Below are positions 29,701 through 38,987 of a stretch of DNA of 45,744 nucleotides, one piece after another (positions within the stretch are counted from its first letter, which is position 1; the number at the start of each line of letters is the position of its first letter). Position numbers and translations under genes: made by a program. The notes below the pieces were generated by a model that saw only the letters and a program-made list of their open reading frames with translations, was not told where the DNA came from and did no database searches. The stretch is from Bacillota bacterium (GTDB lineage Bacteria; Bacillota_I; Bacilli_A; Acholeplasmatales; Acholeplasmataceae). The stretch covers positions 1 through 45,744 of the forward strand of contig JAEYXZ010000094.1 of NCBI GenBank assembly GCA_023431045.1. The letters are read 5' to 3'.

Positions 29701-31318
29701 TCTTATCTTTTCTGATTGTGTCCTGGTAATTTGTCTCTAACTGCTTTTTCGTTTGGTTAGAGAACTCACTTAGGCTTTTCTTAAGTTCGCTGTGTAGTTC
29801 ATTTTCTCTTGTTTGAATTAATCTTTCGTTTCGATCAACATACATTTGTCTAAGATCTATATTCTGGTGAGCATTTTTGATTTTGTTATCAAACGCTTCT
29901 TTATATTCATTAATTTGCTTCTTAAGTATTTCTTGTTTATCTTTATTCTTCTCGTTTTTTAATCTTTGGTTAATAAAGTTAATCTGTTGATCAAAATCTT
30001 TTTTAAGCTGCTTTTTTATATTTTCAATAGCATTGTTGTACTTTTGCTTAATTGAATGGTCATTCATCTCCTTGATATCATCATCAAGCTTACGATTAAT
30101 CGAATCGCTGTACTGACTTAGTTCTCTATTTAAAGCTGTAACTAATTCTTGTTCTTTGATTTTCAAAGCTGCAGATGTTTCTTTTTCAATTTTTTGTTGA
30201 TATAAAGTGTCTATTGCAGCAAGTTGATCCTTGATCATTTTTGCATATTTTTGTTCAAGGTCTGTACAATCCGGTTCAATTTCACACTTAATAATCTTAA
30301 AACGCTGTTCTAGTTGAAAACTATTTTTTATTTGTTCGCTATATTTTTCATTTCTAGGAGGAATTTCTGATAATGCTAAATTATCACGAGCAAAAGATCG
30401 AATGCTCGTTTCGATTTTGTTAGTTTTACGATTTCCTTTCTCAATTGACTCTTCTAAAAACCTCAGACGATTGTATTCTATATCTACTCTGATCAAATGA
30501 AAGTGTTCAGTATCATCAAGTTCTTTTTCTAAAACGATGAGTTCACCTTTTGAAAACTCATTATGTGAATCTAAAAGATGTGCATCATATAATTCCGAAT
30601 TTTTCTGATATCTTCTTCTATTGATTGAGAAAGCCTCTTTATACTCTACATTCGAAATCGTAAAATGTCTTTGGGTTTGAGTTTGTAGGTAGTATTCTCT
30701 AAACTTCAAATACTCATCCCATGTTTGATAGAACTTGGTGACCGAGTCAAAATTTCTCACTGGATAACTTGTTTGAATTAGGTTAAGTATTGTGTTTGGT
30801 GAAAAATAAGTTTCATTGTAGTCGATGTGTTGTATGGACCATGTGTTTCTTTGAAATGCAGAACAAGCGTAAGAGTTCATAATCAAAGTTTCACCATGCT
30901 TTGTAAAACCTTCATCAATGAGTTCTATCCCTTTTACAGACAGCATTTTAAGTTTCCCACCTTCTATGATGTCTCCAATCAAGATAACACTCATATTGTT
31001 TGGTAGTCTTTTAGAGAACTCATTTCCATCGGCTCTAAGAACTACATTCCTTAAAAAATTAGCGGTTGCACCTTTTACGACTTCTCTTTTGTAGTTCGGA
31101 CATGAAATGTAATATCGCTTAGGTAATCCTGAAGGGAATGCATTCTCAATAAAAGACCTGATATCACTGAATCTCATATTCAAAGGCAACCTGTTGTTGA
31201 TGAGTTCATACTGTTCTAACAAAGGTGTACTGTATATATTTTTGTTTTTAAAGTTGTTATTCTCTTTTTTTTCTAAATTTGAGTAAAAATCTAAAAAAAT
31301 TACCTGCAAAATGTCCAC
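26777..31318 (-). CDS. SF1 Upf1/DNA2/NAM7-like helicase (AAA_11/AAA_12) with long coiled-coil insertions
   Basis: GPPGTGKT, IDEVSK, VGDHRQLPP, QYRS, TVDDFQGDERD, RINVAFSRAR. Confidence 0.92.
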   Translation of the reverse strand: MDILQVIFLDFYSNLEKKENNNFKNKNIYSTPLLEQYELINNRLPLNMRFSDIRSFIENAFPSGLPKRYYISCPNYKREVVKGATANFLRNVVLRADGNEFSKRLPNNMSVILIGDIIEGGKLKMLSVKGIELIDEGFTKHGETLIMNSYACSAFQRNTWSIQHIDYNETYFSPNTILNLIQTSYPVRNFDSVTKFYQTWDEYLKFREYYLQTQTQRHFTISNVEYKEAFSINRRRYQKNSELYDAHLLDSHNEFSKGELIVLEKELDDTEHFHLIRVDIEYNRLRFLEESIEKGNRKTNKIETSIRSFARDNLALSEIPPRNEKYSEQIKNSFQLEQRFKIIKCEIEPDCTDLEQKYAKMIKDQLAAIDTLYQQKIEKETSAALKIKEQELVTALNRELSQYSDSINRKLDDDIKEMNDHSIKQKYNNAIENIKKQLKKDFDQQINFINQRLKNEKNKDKQEILKKQINEYKEAFDNKIKNAHQNIDLRQMYVDRNERLIQTRENELHSELKKSLSEFSNQTKKQLETNYQDTIRKDKITKKQELEDELKVLIEKRIHDDTIVRFSLYFKTDPENQSGVISALYNKKYSYLIYNNRAEQAKIDRQRNALESFFEGNVKNPYLSTFLFSPEDLNPNIHQNREWNWFLEKPNDKQKEAVKRAVTSNGVFLLQGPPGTGKTQVISEIVGHLIKDGKKVLISSETHKAIDNVFERLPKIAEIRPIRLMTSQSGKDSDFSPENLVDNLYLNIAEQMKNTIKSYENFSDFKDKFDQEFKELKLLNQLLIKNKTKSDEISKDIVSYERSFDELKEARSSLVDKKESYVYDKDKYVNTYKRIQNHQFAYDEDLDMQTINEYKQSIRSQIDDSVFDVSNLDEFIRSIFTTKPQEIIDELRDIQSNKDSYVLQEQKQVLIKQIQEMIDMSDGEITNSIKDKQKQLKEVKNKLDKLDNNLDISGMTIDKIYNGDWLSIHQQDAISYFNKLQTNLLLVKNEHTNKLSSQAQKQEDKIAQINIQIAEIDSKLKDISNTIADLRENQSYHDYQESKNKLEIKIEGFLKQFDIVANYKTVDEAIQLIQSEWEDLELNFNEKETENRTKIPVYKKISEYIQREEIILEDRKYYTKPLFDTVNLFGTTTSSRDRFDEKSMSELEAYNLGELDLRKQGIDVVIIDEVSKSSFIELLIPILYGKTVILVGDHRQLPPMYEYRNFRDEDYEGLDPDIINPTINKRYTEMYENSYFKMLFEKAPNDYKIMLTKQYRSHEHIMNVFNHFYNKNLELGDVAQNSHKKHYLNVEGNQRLIIEQDKHIYFIDSKDYESRSEDSTSIQNKGEADIVIELLKKIDEAYQKNKDFSPRVNKNLRIDERMSIGVICTYGDQAQLIKQKRKSSNLTNFKSFNENSDSRLIVSTVDDFQGDERDIIIVSMVRNPREPGKSNPGFITAYQRINVAFSRARRLLIIVGNKDYLMKKGVIDLPDVMGDARNDQKNFRVYEKVIDTIKTYGKVLDDVDIIKERGTGK

Positions 31319-31846
31319 CTACTTTCTTAAAACATTTTTAGAAAACACTGCATAAACTTGCAGATAATCTAAGAAATTTTTAATCTCTAGGGAGTTCATC
31401 TCACTGGTAATTTCAGAAATCTTATCGATGATCACTTTTTTTGTGATGTCATCTAAATGTTCAAGTTTTATTGTAATTGCTTTAAGGTTCTTGAATGATT
31501 CCAATTGTTGGGTTGCATCATTCAGTCTTTTTTGAAGTGTTTCAATAGCTATCATGTCTTGAGTAGCTTTTTCTTCTTTATCTTGAAGAATACTATCTAT
31601 TCTTTCCGTGTATTTAACCAATACATTTTTATCATTTTCATCCAAAAGACGAGATAACTCATCAACGTTTTCTTTTCCAAACAAATAAAAAATCTTATAT
31701 TGTTTGTCATTTGGAATTTGATCAAATGTATCGAAATTACGATAATTATATATCGTTGCTTTACTGACTTCTAGATATCTTGCTAAATCATTGACCTTAA
31801 TAGAAAATTTAGTTACTAGACGTTCAAATAGTTTTGTCTGAATCAT
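31319..31846 (-). CDS. HTH (XRE-like) transcriptional regulator with coiled-coil C-terminus
   Basis: DLARYLEVSKATIYNY; start moved to ATG 31846 after a GAGGTG RBS. Confidence 0.8.
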   Translation of the reverse strand: MIQTKLFERLVTKFSIKVNDLARYLEVSKATIYNYRNFDTFDQIPNDKQYKIFYLFGKENVDELSRLLDENDKNVLVKYTERIDSILQDKEEKATQDMIAIETLQKRLNDATQQLESFKNLKAITIKLEHLDDITKKVIIDKISEITSEMNSLEIKNFLDYLQVYAVFSKNVLRK

Positions 31847-31877
31847 AATAGACACCTCTTTTTATCGTTATATTATC

Positions 31878-31906
31878 ATTATACTATTAGAATATTTTAG
31901 AAACAA
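31878..31906 (-). promoter_or_regulatory. Putative sigma-A promoter for operon B
   Basis: TTGTTT-17 nt-TATAAT. Confidence 0.55.
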
Positions 31907-32125
31907 TATCTTTGTTATAATTTAATCATTTTTTTCTATTTTAGATGTCTTTATGCTTTTTTATACTTTTTTGAAGTTAATATGATGAAATCTACTTTAT
32001 TTATTTTATTTGTTCATATCTATTAGTTAGTTATATGTACTTCTTATCATCGACTTCGTGATTTATATTATTTTTAGGCTACAAATTCACATTAAGCTCA
32101 CGGAATCATATAAAATAGCTAAATA

Positions 32126-34840
32126 CTATGCAATCAAAAGATTCTCTAATGCTCTTGAAAAAGCAATGTATTGCTGATTATTACTCATGTTCTTTGTGTA
32201 CACTAAAACAGTATTAAATTCCAATCCTTTAGCGTCATCAATATGCAATATTTGATCAGCACTTATTTGATTAGTTGGTATTTGATTTTCAATGATGAAT
32301 TTCTGTTTATCCTCATTGGCAAACAAGATTGCATCTACCTTAATCCCATCAAATACTGATCCTCTTACAACCAGACCATTTTCAAGTCCCAATGCGATCA
32401 TTTCCATATTCAAAACTTCATTGATATGCTGAACTATCGGTTTTCCATTTCGATAGTTTTCGTTTAATTCGTAATACTTATGATCTTTTTTTAACATCTC
32501 CCAATTATTAAATCCTGCGGGAGAAGTAACTTGATTGATGTCTCCATAGTAATTCATATGAGCAGATGAATGTATTGACTTTAAAAGTTCTAACTCAGTG
32601 ATTGCATACTCTTGAGCTTCATCTATCATTACAAGACTTATCGGATTAAACTCAAAACCAAACTTGTTCATTAATGCTAATCGCAAATAGTAATAGTATT
32701 TGTATTGATTATGAAATCTAACTTTACTTTGATATTTTTCGTGAATAAGTTCAATCTCAGGGACCATAATACTTTCAAAATACTTATTGAAATCCAAATC
32801 TTCATCTTTTTGTAATGATATCATTTGGGTTTGTTCCTTGATCAATCCTTTGTACTGCCCATAATTTAGCACATATTGTTTAAGTAAATCAACATTCTCA
32901 TTAAGTTGATTCAATTCGTTTTCATATTCAAAATACTCATTATCTTTCATGTTTCTTAGTGCTTCTTTTTTTGTTTCAATTTCTTTGATTATTGGATTAA
33001 TGGTATTTAATAAAAAATGTTTTGCATTGATCAGTTTTTGTAGATCTTCATCAGACAACTTGTTATTCTGTAGTTTTCTCAGATCTTCAACCAATAATTG
33101 AATTTTTTCGCGATTTTTGTTTACAAGTTCTTTCTTGTAATCAATCATGTACTGTTCAATAGAAACTTTGTCATTTGAAAAAAATCTAATTTTGTATGAT
33201 TTTGATTTTGCAACCAGTGTTTTAATTAAATCATCGTTTAATATCTCTTCAATATGTTTATACTTCTCATTTAATAATTCTATTTGATTCTTTGTTTGAT
33301 AAATATCTAAATCTAAATCATCATTAGCTTGAATAATGTTATTTAATTTAAAATCAATTTGTTGGATTTGTTCAAAGGTTAAGTGTTTTTCTAAATCATG
33401 TTCATTGTTTAATAAAGGTTTGATTTTTTTGAGTTTATCATTTAGTTTTACACTGATTAATTCATCAATTTCATTCTTTAGGACAAGAAATTGTTCATGC
33501 TTTTTATATATTTCAGCCAACTTTGTTTGTTTAATGTTTTCGACATCATCAAGCATTTGCTTTCGGATTTTCATCTCAATATCAAGTAAAAATTCTCGAC
33601 TATATAAAATGTCGATTATTTCTTTTTGAATGCTATTTTCGCTTTTAAGATTAATAGATTTCTTAAGTGGAAAATGTTGATTGATGTGGTTAATATATAG
33701 TTGAGTCATTGATAGTTTATCAATGCTATCCAAACCTAATTGATTGGATAAATCTTGAACGAATTGGTCAAATATACTACTAGGTGTGACAATTTTAATG
33801 CTCTCTGGTTTCAATTTCTTGTAGTTGTAAATTAAATAAGCTAGTCTGTGAAGGAGAATCATTGTTTTTCCCGAACCTGCACATCCTTGAACAATAATAT
33901 TACTTTCAAACGGCAACCGAATGATTTCGTTCTGCTTTTCTTGTATAGATGCAATAATATCTGTAAAGTAAGGCGTTTCCTTCTTCTTTTTAAGTACACT
34001 CAATAGAAAGGGATCACTGATTGTATCTTTTTGTTCTGATTTTCTTTTTGTCAATTCATTATATATACTTTTAATCTTACTGTGATCAATTTCAATTTTT
34101 CTTATCAACTGAGTTTCATACTTAGATCCATTCAATTCAAATCTGTATGGCTTTTCATAAAAATAATTTGCAATCGGAGATCTCCAATCAATAACCAATG
34201 AATTTGTCCCAATGTTAACCCCTTGATTTCCAATATATAATTGAACAATATCTATGCTGGTTTGCTTGCTTTGGATGAGATCAAGTCTACCAAAATACGG
34301 ATTTCCTTTGACGTTATTTAATTCTTTTATCTTTGTTTCGTAATGGGCATTCATTCTTTTAATACTTTGTACACGCTCAATATCATCATAGCCCTCTCCA
34401 GTAGAGCCCGGTCCTATTGACTTATCAATTTTTTCTTCGGTTTTGATGATCTCCTGGTTAATGATTTCTATAGTGTTATCCAATTGTAAGTTTTCCTCCA
34501 CATAATCACTTGGAGATCCTACAGATGAGAAATATTTATCCTTATCATCCGATTGTCCATTAATGATCATATTAAGACCCTCTTCAGATATAACGTACTT
34601 TTGTTGCAAACCATTTTTTTTAATAGAGATCAACTTTCTATCAATGAGATCATCAAAAAGAACTCCTAGTCCTTTTATCTCTTTTTCATCGAGAACACCA
34701 TACTCAGGAATGTCATTATAGGATGAACAAATAGAATTTTGATCTCCTTTTAATATGCAACCTATCATGGCTAGTGATGTATTAGCTTCCCTCTTGTTTA
34801 ACTGATGCAAAACTTTTAGAATCAATTCATGAGTAATCAT
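32126..34840 (-). CDS. HelD-like SF1 (UvrD) ATPase/helicase with N-terminal RQC-like winged helix
   Basis: PYFGRLD, IDWRSPIA, IQEKQNEIIR, GCAGSGKT..LLHRLAYL, IDEAQE, GDINQ, NYRN, KGLEF, YIAFSRA; N-terminal ILKG...YGVL...LIDRKLI...ISEEG. Confidence 0.85.
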   Translation of the reverse strand: MITHELILKVLHQLNKREANTSLAMIGCILKGDQNSICSSYNDIPEYGVLDEKEIKGLGVLFDDLIDRKLISIKKNGLQQKYVISEEGLNMIINGQSDDKDKYFSSVGSPSDYVEENLQLDNTIEIINQEIIKTEEKIDKSIGPGSTGEGYDDIERVQSIKRMNAHYETKIKELNNVKGNPYFGRLDLIQSKQTSIDIVQLYIGNQGVNIGTNSLVIDWRSPIANYFYEKPYRFELNGSKYETQLIRKIEIDHSKIKSIYNELTKRKSEQKDTISDPFLLSVLKKKKETPYFTDIIASIQEKQNEIIRLPFESNIIVQGCAGSGKTMILLHRLAYLIYNYKKLKPESIKIVTPSSIFDQFVQDLSNQLGLDSIDKLSMTQLYINHINQHFPLKKSINLKSENSIQKEIIDILYSREFLLDIEMKIRKQMLDDVENIKQTKLAEIYKKHEQFLVLKNEIDELISVKLNDKLKKIKPLLNNEHDLEKHLTFEQIQQIDFKLNNIIQANDDLDLDIYQTKNQIELLNEKYKHIEEILNDDLIKTLVAKSKSYKIRFFSNDKVSIEQYMIDYKKELVNKNREKIQLLVEDLRKLQNNKLSDEDLQKLINAKHFLLNTINPIIKEIETKKEALRNMKDNEYFEYENELNQLNENVDLLKQYVLNYGQYKGLIKEQTQMISLQKDEDLDFNKYFESIMVPEIELIHEKYQSKVRFHNQYKYYYYLRLALMNKFGFEFNPISLVMIDEAQEYAITELELLKSIHSSAHMNYYGDINQVTSPAGFNNWEMLKKDHKYYELNENYRNGKPIVQHINEVLNMEMIALGLENGLVVRGSVFDGIKVDAILFANEDKQKFIIENQIPTNQISADQILHIDDAKGLEFNTVLVYTKNMSNNQQYIAFSRALENLLIA

Positions 34841-34852
34841 AAATCCCCCTAG

Positions 34853-36931
34853 TTATTGTATTAAGTATTTTTTTACAATACTAATGATATCGTCGCCAAA
34901 TCGATCAATTTGATCCATTCTAAGTCGACATTCAGTTCTCAATTGTTCATGTGAAGTGGGTTTTGATAAAACAATACTTTCGAGTTGTATATCTTTATAG
35001 ACTTCATAAGGTTTAATGAAAAGTTGTTTATATTTGAATTTTCTGTACTCAATTAATTCTTCCTTAAGACCCAATTTGTTATTTACTTCACCTGGGGTTG
35101 AAATTCTAAGTAATTTCGGGTCAATATTTGCATAGTAATCACTTAAAAATAATTGATAATTATCCCCAGTATTCCAGTTACTTCTGCACAATAAAAGAAT
35201 TTGTCGAATGATTCTATCATAGTAATAATTATCACTCTTTGTAAAATGACCAGGTCCAAAATTAGGATTCTCTTTTTTGAATTTCTCATAACTGTTTTTC
35301 ACAAATTTATCATAAATGAAATCGAATAATTGATAACTTGTATGCTTACTTGAAAAAAGCGTCGGGTCAATAAATACATCGATATATCCGATATCATTAA
35401 GTGTCATCCAAGATGGAAACTCTGGAAGGTTTGCATAAGACGCAAACGTTGGAATTGATAAAAAGTATTGTCTAGCCTTGGCATTGATGAATAACTTAGC
35501 TAAAAATCCAATAATACCATAGTACATAAAAAGGCTATTAGAAGCAATTGCAACTTTGATATCATCATCACTGGTTTTTTTAGTATGAGTCTTCCAATCA
35601 TTAAACGCAACTTTGATATACTGGAGCGAAAGTAATAGATTATCACTATACTGACCTCCGTAGATCAACCGATAATTTTCTTTTTTCATCAGCATCGCTG
35701 ATTTTGAATTTTTTGCAGAACCAGGTCTCTGATAGACAAATGAGAATAACATCTGTCCGACTTCATCGTTGGATGCATTTTGCCACTTTGCAGGATATGT
35801 GATGCGATCGATCTTTTCGCCACGTTTGACGTGTAAAAAAACATCAATTCTCTTGAACTGAATTTTCAGTCTTCGCTGTTCTGAGCGGTTGGCAATTAAA
35901 TCTCGTGCTTTTATAGGTTTTTGAGTGTTACTGGTTTCTGCAACCCGAGCTAAGAAATCTTGATTTGTTTCTTCATCATCAGTTAAAGGTAATATAACCT
36001 TGCATAAAATAGGGAAATCATCACTAAATGCTGTGTTTCCTATTAGATTCGTTGTTTGACCACCATTAACTATTGAGAAATTTTCTAATAACAACTCTTG
36101 ACCTTTTACTTGGTAGTTTGAACAAGTGATGATTATACCATTATTAAAATACCAAAAAAGATGTGGTTCAGACACAATACTTTTCTTGATTTCTCCATCA
36201 ATTTTTGAAGATTTTACATAATATCTTAAATTACTTGAGAATAGACCTTTTGTCGCATATTTAAGATATATCTCTTTTAATGATTTTGCACTGATTGATA
36301 CGACCATAGACTTTTCATGACCGTGTATCAATTTTTCTCCGTTATCCATTAAGAATAAAACACCTTTATCAACACTTAGTCTTGGATTATCAATATCATC
36401 TATTGTTTCAAGAATATCATCTCGAAAGTAAATGTTGAAATTCGCGTTTTCTACTTTACTTTTGAACGTTGTTACTACTTCTTTGAATGTTGCTCGATCT
36501 TCAGATAAAACTTCTACATCACATAATAATTGAATTTTAATATTTGAATCGTATTCAATCTTGAGTTCTTTGAACTTATTCAAAACTGATTTGTGCTTAC
36601 TTGTTTTATTAATTGCATCTATAAGATGTATGTCTAATTGAGATATTAAAGACTTTAAGTTCTCTTCATTTAATTGGTAAGGATCTCTGATTGTATGAAT
36701 AATCTCAAATGAATCCTCATCTAATTCAGACGACATTACAGCATCAAATAATTCATCTTCGACGATGGTTTCTTCTATTTGCTCAACATAGGTTTCATCA
36801 GCGTTATAATAATTATAAAATACATAGAGTCTTGGTAATAGTTCAAAATTTTTAGAGTCTTCATCGATACTATATATTCCCAAATCTCTATACATTAAAA
36901 CCAACTTGTCATAATAAGATTTCATAATCAT
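34853..36931 (-). CDS. AIPR family protein with C-terminal HRDC domain
   Basis: LFSSNLRYY, FWYFNNGI, IVNGGQT, SNTQKPIKARDL; C-terminal LIEYRK...KPYEVY.D.QL..I...KPTS..QL...DRFGDDII. Confidence 0.85.
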   Translation of the reverse strand: MIMKSYYDKLVLMYRDLGIYSIDEDSKNFELLPRLYVFYNYYNADETYVEQIEETIVEDELFDAVMSSELDEDSFEIIHTIRDPYQLNEENLKSLISQLDIHLIDAINKTSKHKSVLNKFKELKIEYDSNIKIQLLCDVEVLSEDRATFKEVVTTFKSKVENANFNIYFRDDILETIDDIDNPRLSVDKGVLFLMDNGEKLIHGHEKSMVVSISAKSLKEIYLKYATKGLFSSNLRYYVKSSKIDGEIKKSIVSEPHLFWYFNNGIIITCSNYQVKGQELLLENFSIVNGGQTTNLIGNTAFSDDFPILCKVILPLTDDEETNQDFLARVAETSNTQKPIKARDLIANRSEQRRLKIQFKRIDVFLHVKRGEKIDRITYPAKWQNASNDEVGQMLFSFVYQRPGSAKNSKSAMLMKKENYRLIYGGQYSDNLLLSLQYIKVAFNDWKTHTKKTSDDDIKVAIASNSLFMYYGIIGFLAKLFINAKARQYFLSIPTFASYANLPEFPSWMTLNDIGYIDVFIDPTLFSSKHTSYQLFDFIYDKFVKNSYEKFKKENPNFGPGHFTKSDNYYYDRIIRQILLLCRSNWNTGDNYQLFLSDYYANIDPKLLRISTPGEVNNKLGLKEELIEYRKFKYKQLFIKPYEVYKDIQLESIVLSKPTSHEQLRTECRLRMDQIDRFGDDIISIVKKYLIQ

Positions 36932-37389
36932 AACTCTCCATAAATGTGATGATGAATGTAGTAATCAAACCAACTTTTAACTGTACTTGCTCTCCTCATG
37001 AGTGTTGAATTACTTAATGAATACCACTCTTGGATAAATTCGGCAATAACTTGAGATGAAGGCAACTTTCTATTTTTTTTAATAAATTCATCTATTAACT
37101 TAAAAACGGGTTTTTCAATCATAATATTTTTTAAAATTACAAGTTGATCGTGCTTATCAATAACAGGATCATTGATAAATTTACCCTTTAATGTAAGTTC
37201 ATTTTTTCGAGAAATAAATTCAAAATAATAGAGCACATTAAGATAATAATCCACTTGTCTTGAAACAATATTTAATTGATCAGCAATCTCTTGTTTAGTG
37301 ATATTCTTGTTCTCACCAATCAACGCTAGTACTTTCAAAATTAAATCAACACTATTTGCCTGTGGGAATATTTCCCTTCTTCCATCCAT
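36928..37389 (-). CDS. Stand-alone winged-helix protein resembling the C-terminal domain of Dam-associated putative type II restriction enzymes
   Basis: FPQANS, RQVDYY, LTLKG, STLMRRASTVKSW; start moved to ATG 37389 after GGGAGG. Confidence 0.65.
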   Translation of the reverse strand: MDGRREIFPQANSVDLILKVLALIGENKNITKQEIADQLNIVSRQVDYYLNVLYYFEFISRKNELTLKGKFINDPVIDKHDQLVILKNIMIEKPVFKLIDEFIKKNRKLPSSQVIAEFIQEWYSLSNSTLMRRASTVKSWFDYYIHHHIYGEL

Positions 37390-38230
37390 AAATGAGAACC
37401 TCCCGTGCATCTTTTCTATACTCTGGTTTAGAACCTATATAACGTTTTACATTATAATAATTAATGATATATGTGGGATCTATGAGTTCATAATTTTCTT
37501 CACTAAAGAGTTCAATGACATTTTTTGTTGCATGATTACTAATCAATACATGGCAACCTCTTTCAATCAGATCATCACAAATTCTCTTTAGTCGCTCGAG
37601 ATCAAATTTTGTAAACCCTTCTTTTTGATAGTCACTGAATCCTTTTTCTTCATAATCGTACGGTGGATCAAAGTAGATAAAATCTCCATTCTTTGCATTA
37701 AAGACAGACTGAGCAAAGTCTACATTACGGATCTCGACATCATTGTTTTTTAAATACTGAGAGATGGATGAAATGTTATTTCTATCTAATATATTAGGGT
37801 TTTTATATGATCCAAATGGTGTATTAAACTGTCCCTTTTTATTAACTCGATATAATCCGTTGAAGCAGGTCTTATTCAAATATATAACTCGAGCAGCTCT
37901 TTCAGATGAAGTCATCTCTTCAAATAAAGATAAGTCTCTATCAACCGATCGGATTTGGTAGAAATACTCTTTACTGTGATTATTCTTATGAATCTCTAAA
38001 TAATTGAGTACCCTTGGTGAGTTATTTTTTATCTCTCTATAACACATCATTAAATCTTCATTTGCATCGTTAATAACAACTTTTGGGTGAGCTAGTTCTA
38101 AAAAAACCGAACCAGCTCCAACAAAAGGTTCATAATATGTATTATGCTGTAAAAGATTTTTTTTAATAATCGGTATTATAACAAAGTGAAGTTGCCTTTT
38201 TCCTCCTGCCCATTTAAGAAACGGTTTCAT
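37352..38230 (-). CDS. Dam/DpnM-family N6-adenine DNA methyltransferase (likely GATC)
   Basis: KWAGGK, EPFVGAG, FNGLYRVN..GQFNTPFG, DPPY; start moved to ATG 38230. Confidence 0.93.
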   Translation of the reverse strand: MKPFLKWAGGKRQLHFVIIPIIKKNLLQHNTYYEPFVGAGSVFLELAHPKVVINDANEDLMMCYREIKNNSPRVLNYLEIHKNNHSKEYFYQIRSVDRDLSLFEEMTSSERAARVIYLNKTCFNGLYRVNKKGQFNTPFGSYKNPNILDRNNISSISQYLKNNDVEIRNVDFAQSVFNAKNGDFIYFDPPYDYEEKGFSDYQKEGFTKFDLERLKRICDDLIERGCHVLISNHATKNVIELFSEENYELIDPTYIINYYNVKRYIGSKPEYRKDAREVLIYGWKKGNIPTGK

Positions 38231-38987
38231 TTGTGTCTTCTGCTTCCTGCAATAATTTCTTAACTTTGTTTTCAAGTAAATTTTCCAGATCACTTTCAGT
38301 TATGATATCGACATATGTTAAACTACCGATTTGCGATATGTATTTCGCAATCTCTTCAAAAATGGCTGTTGTCATTTTATCTTTATATTTTAGTTCAAAT
38401 TTATACTGAATTTGTAATACCTTTTTGACTAATTCAGCGTTATTTGAGTATGTACGCCATGTGAGGTTTCTAAAACGTTGGGGATTATCGTTAACATATC
38501 TAGTGATCTCGTATGGATTTCCATTTTGTGGTTCATATGTTAAATGTGCTCGGAAAAATAGGCGTGAGATCACACCAAAAAACATTCCTCTGCGAACACT
38601 TCCACTACCAAAAAAATAATGATTTTTTAATCTTGAAGAGCTTTTTTTAAGTGGCATGAGTAATTGACATAAGAAATATCCTTTATCAAAGTTGATCCAA
38701 GCCCAAAAACGCTCATCAGACAAAACATATGCTGGTACATCTTTGAGTGCTTGATGGATAAGTACAGAATTTTTATATGACAATTCCTTAACATCAAGTT
38801 TGGAATCTACAATCAATTCAAAGTCGGGAATCGTGATTTTCTTTACTACATATGGTGTTTTGAACTCTTCTATCAACCATTCATTAGATCCTGGATTATC
38901 TAAGATAAATTGAGTATATTTGTCCGGATTACTTTTTATAGTTGCAACGACTTCATCACTCATATAATTGATATTAATCTTCTTCAT
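38214..38987 (-). CDS. DUF6339-like protein
   Basis: SDERFWAWI, ISRLFFRAHLT, Y..TRY pattern recalled for this family; not verified by search. Confidence 0.6.
   Translation of the reverse strand: MKKININYMSDEVVATIKSNPDKYTQFILDNPGSNEWLIEEFKTPYVVKKITIPDFELIVDSKLDVKELSYKNSVLIHQALKDVPAYVLSDERFWAWINFDKGYFLCQLLMPLKKSSSRLKNHYFFGSGSVRRGMFFGVISRLFFRAHLTYEPQNGNPYEITRYVNDNPQRFRNLTWRTYSNNAELVKKVLQIQYKFELKYKDKMTTAIFEEIAKYISQIGSLTYVDIITESDLENLLENKVKKLLQEAEDTNETVS

Noticed and set aside
24624..31318. Assignment to canonical Mokosh
   Set aside because: No kinase domain and no PLD HxK motif recognised; analogy only.
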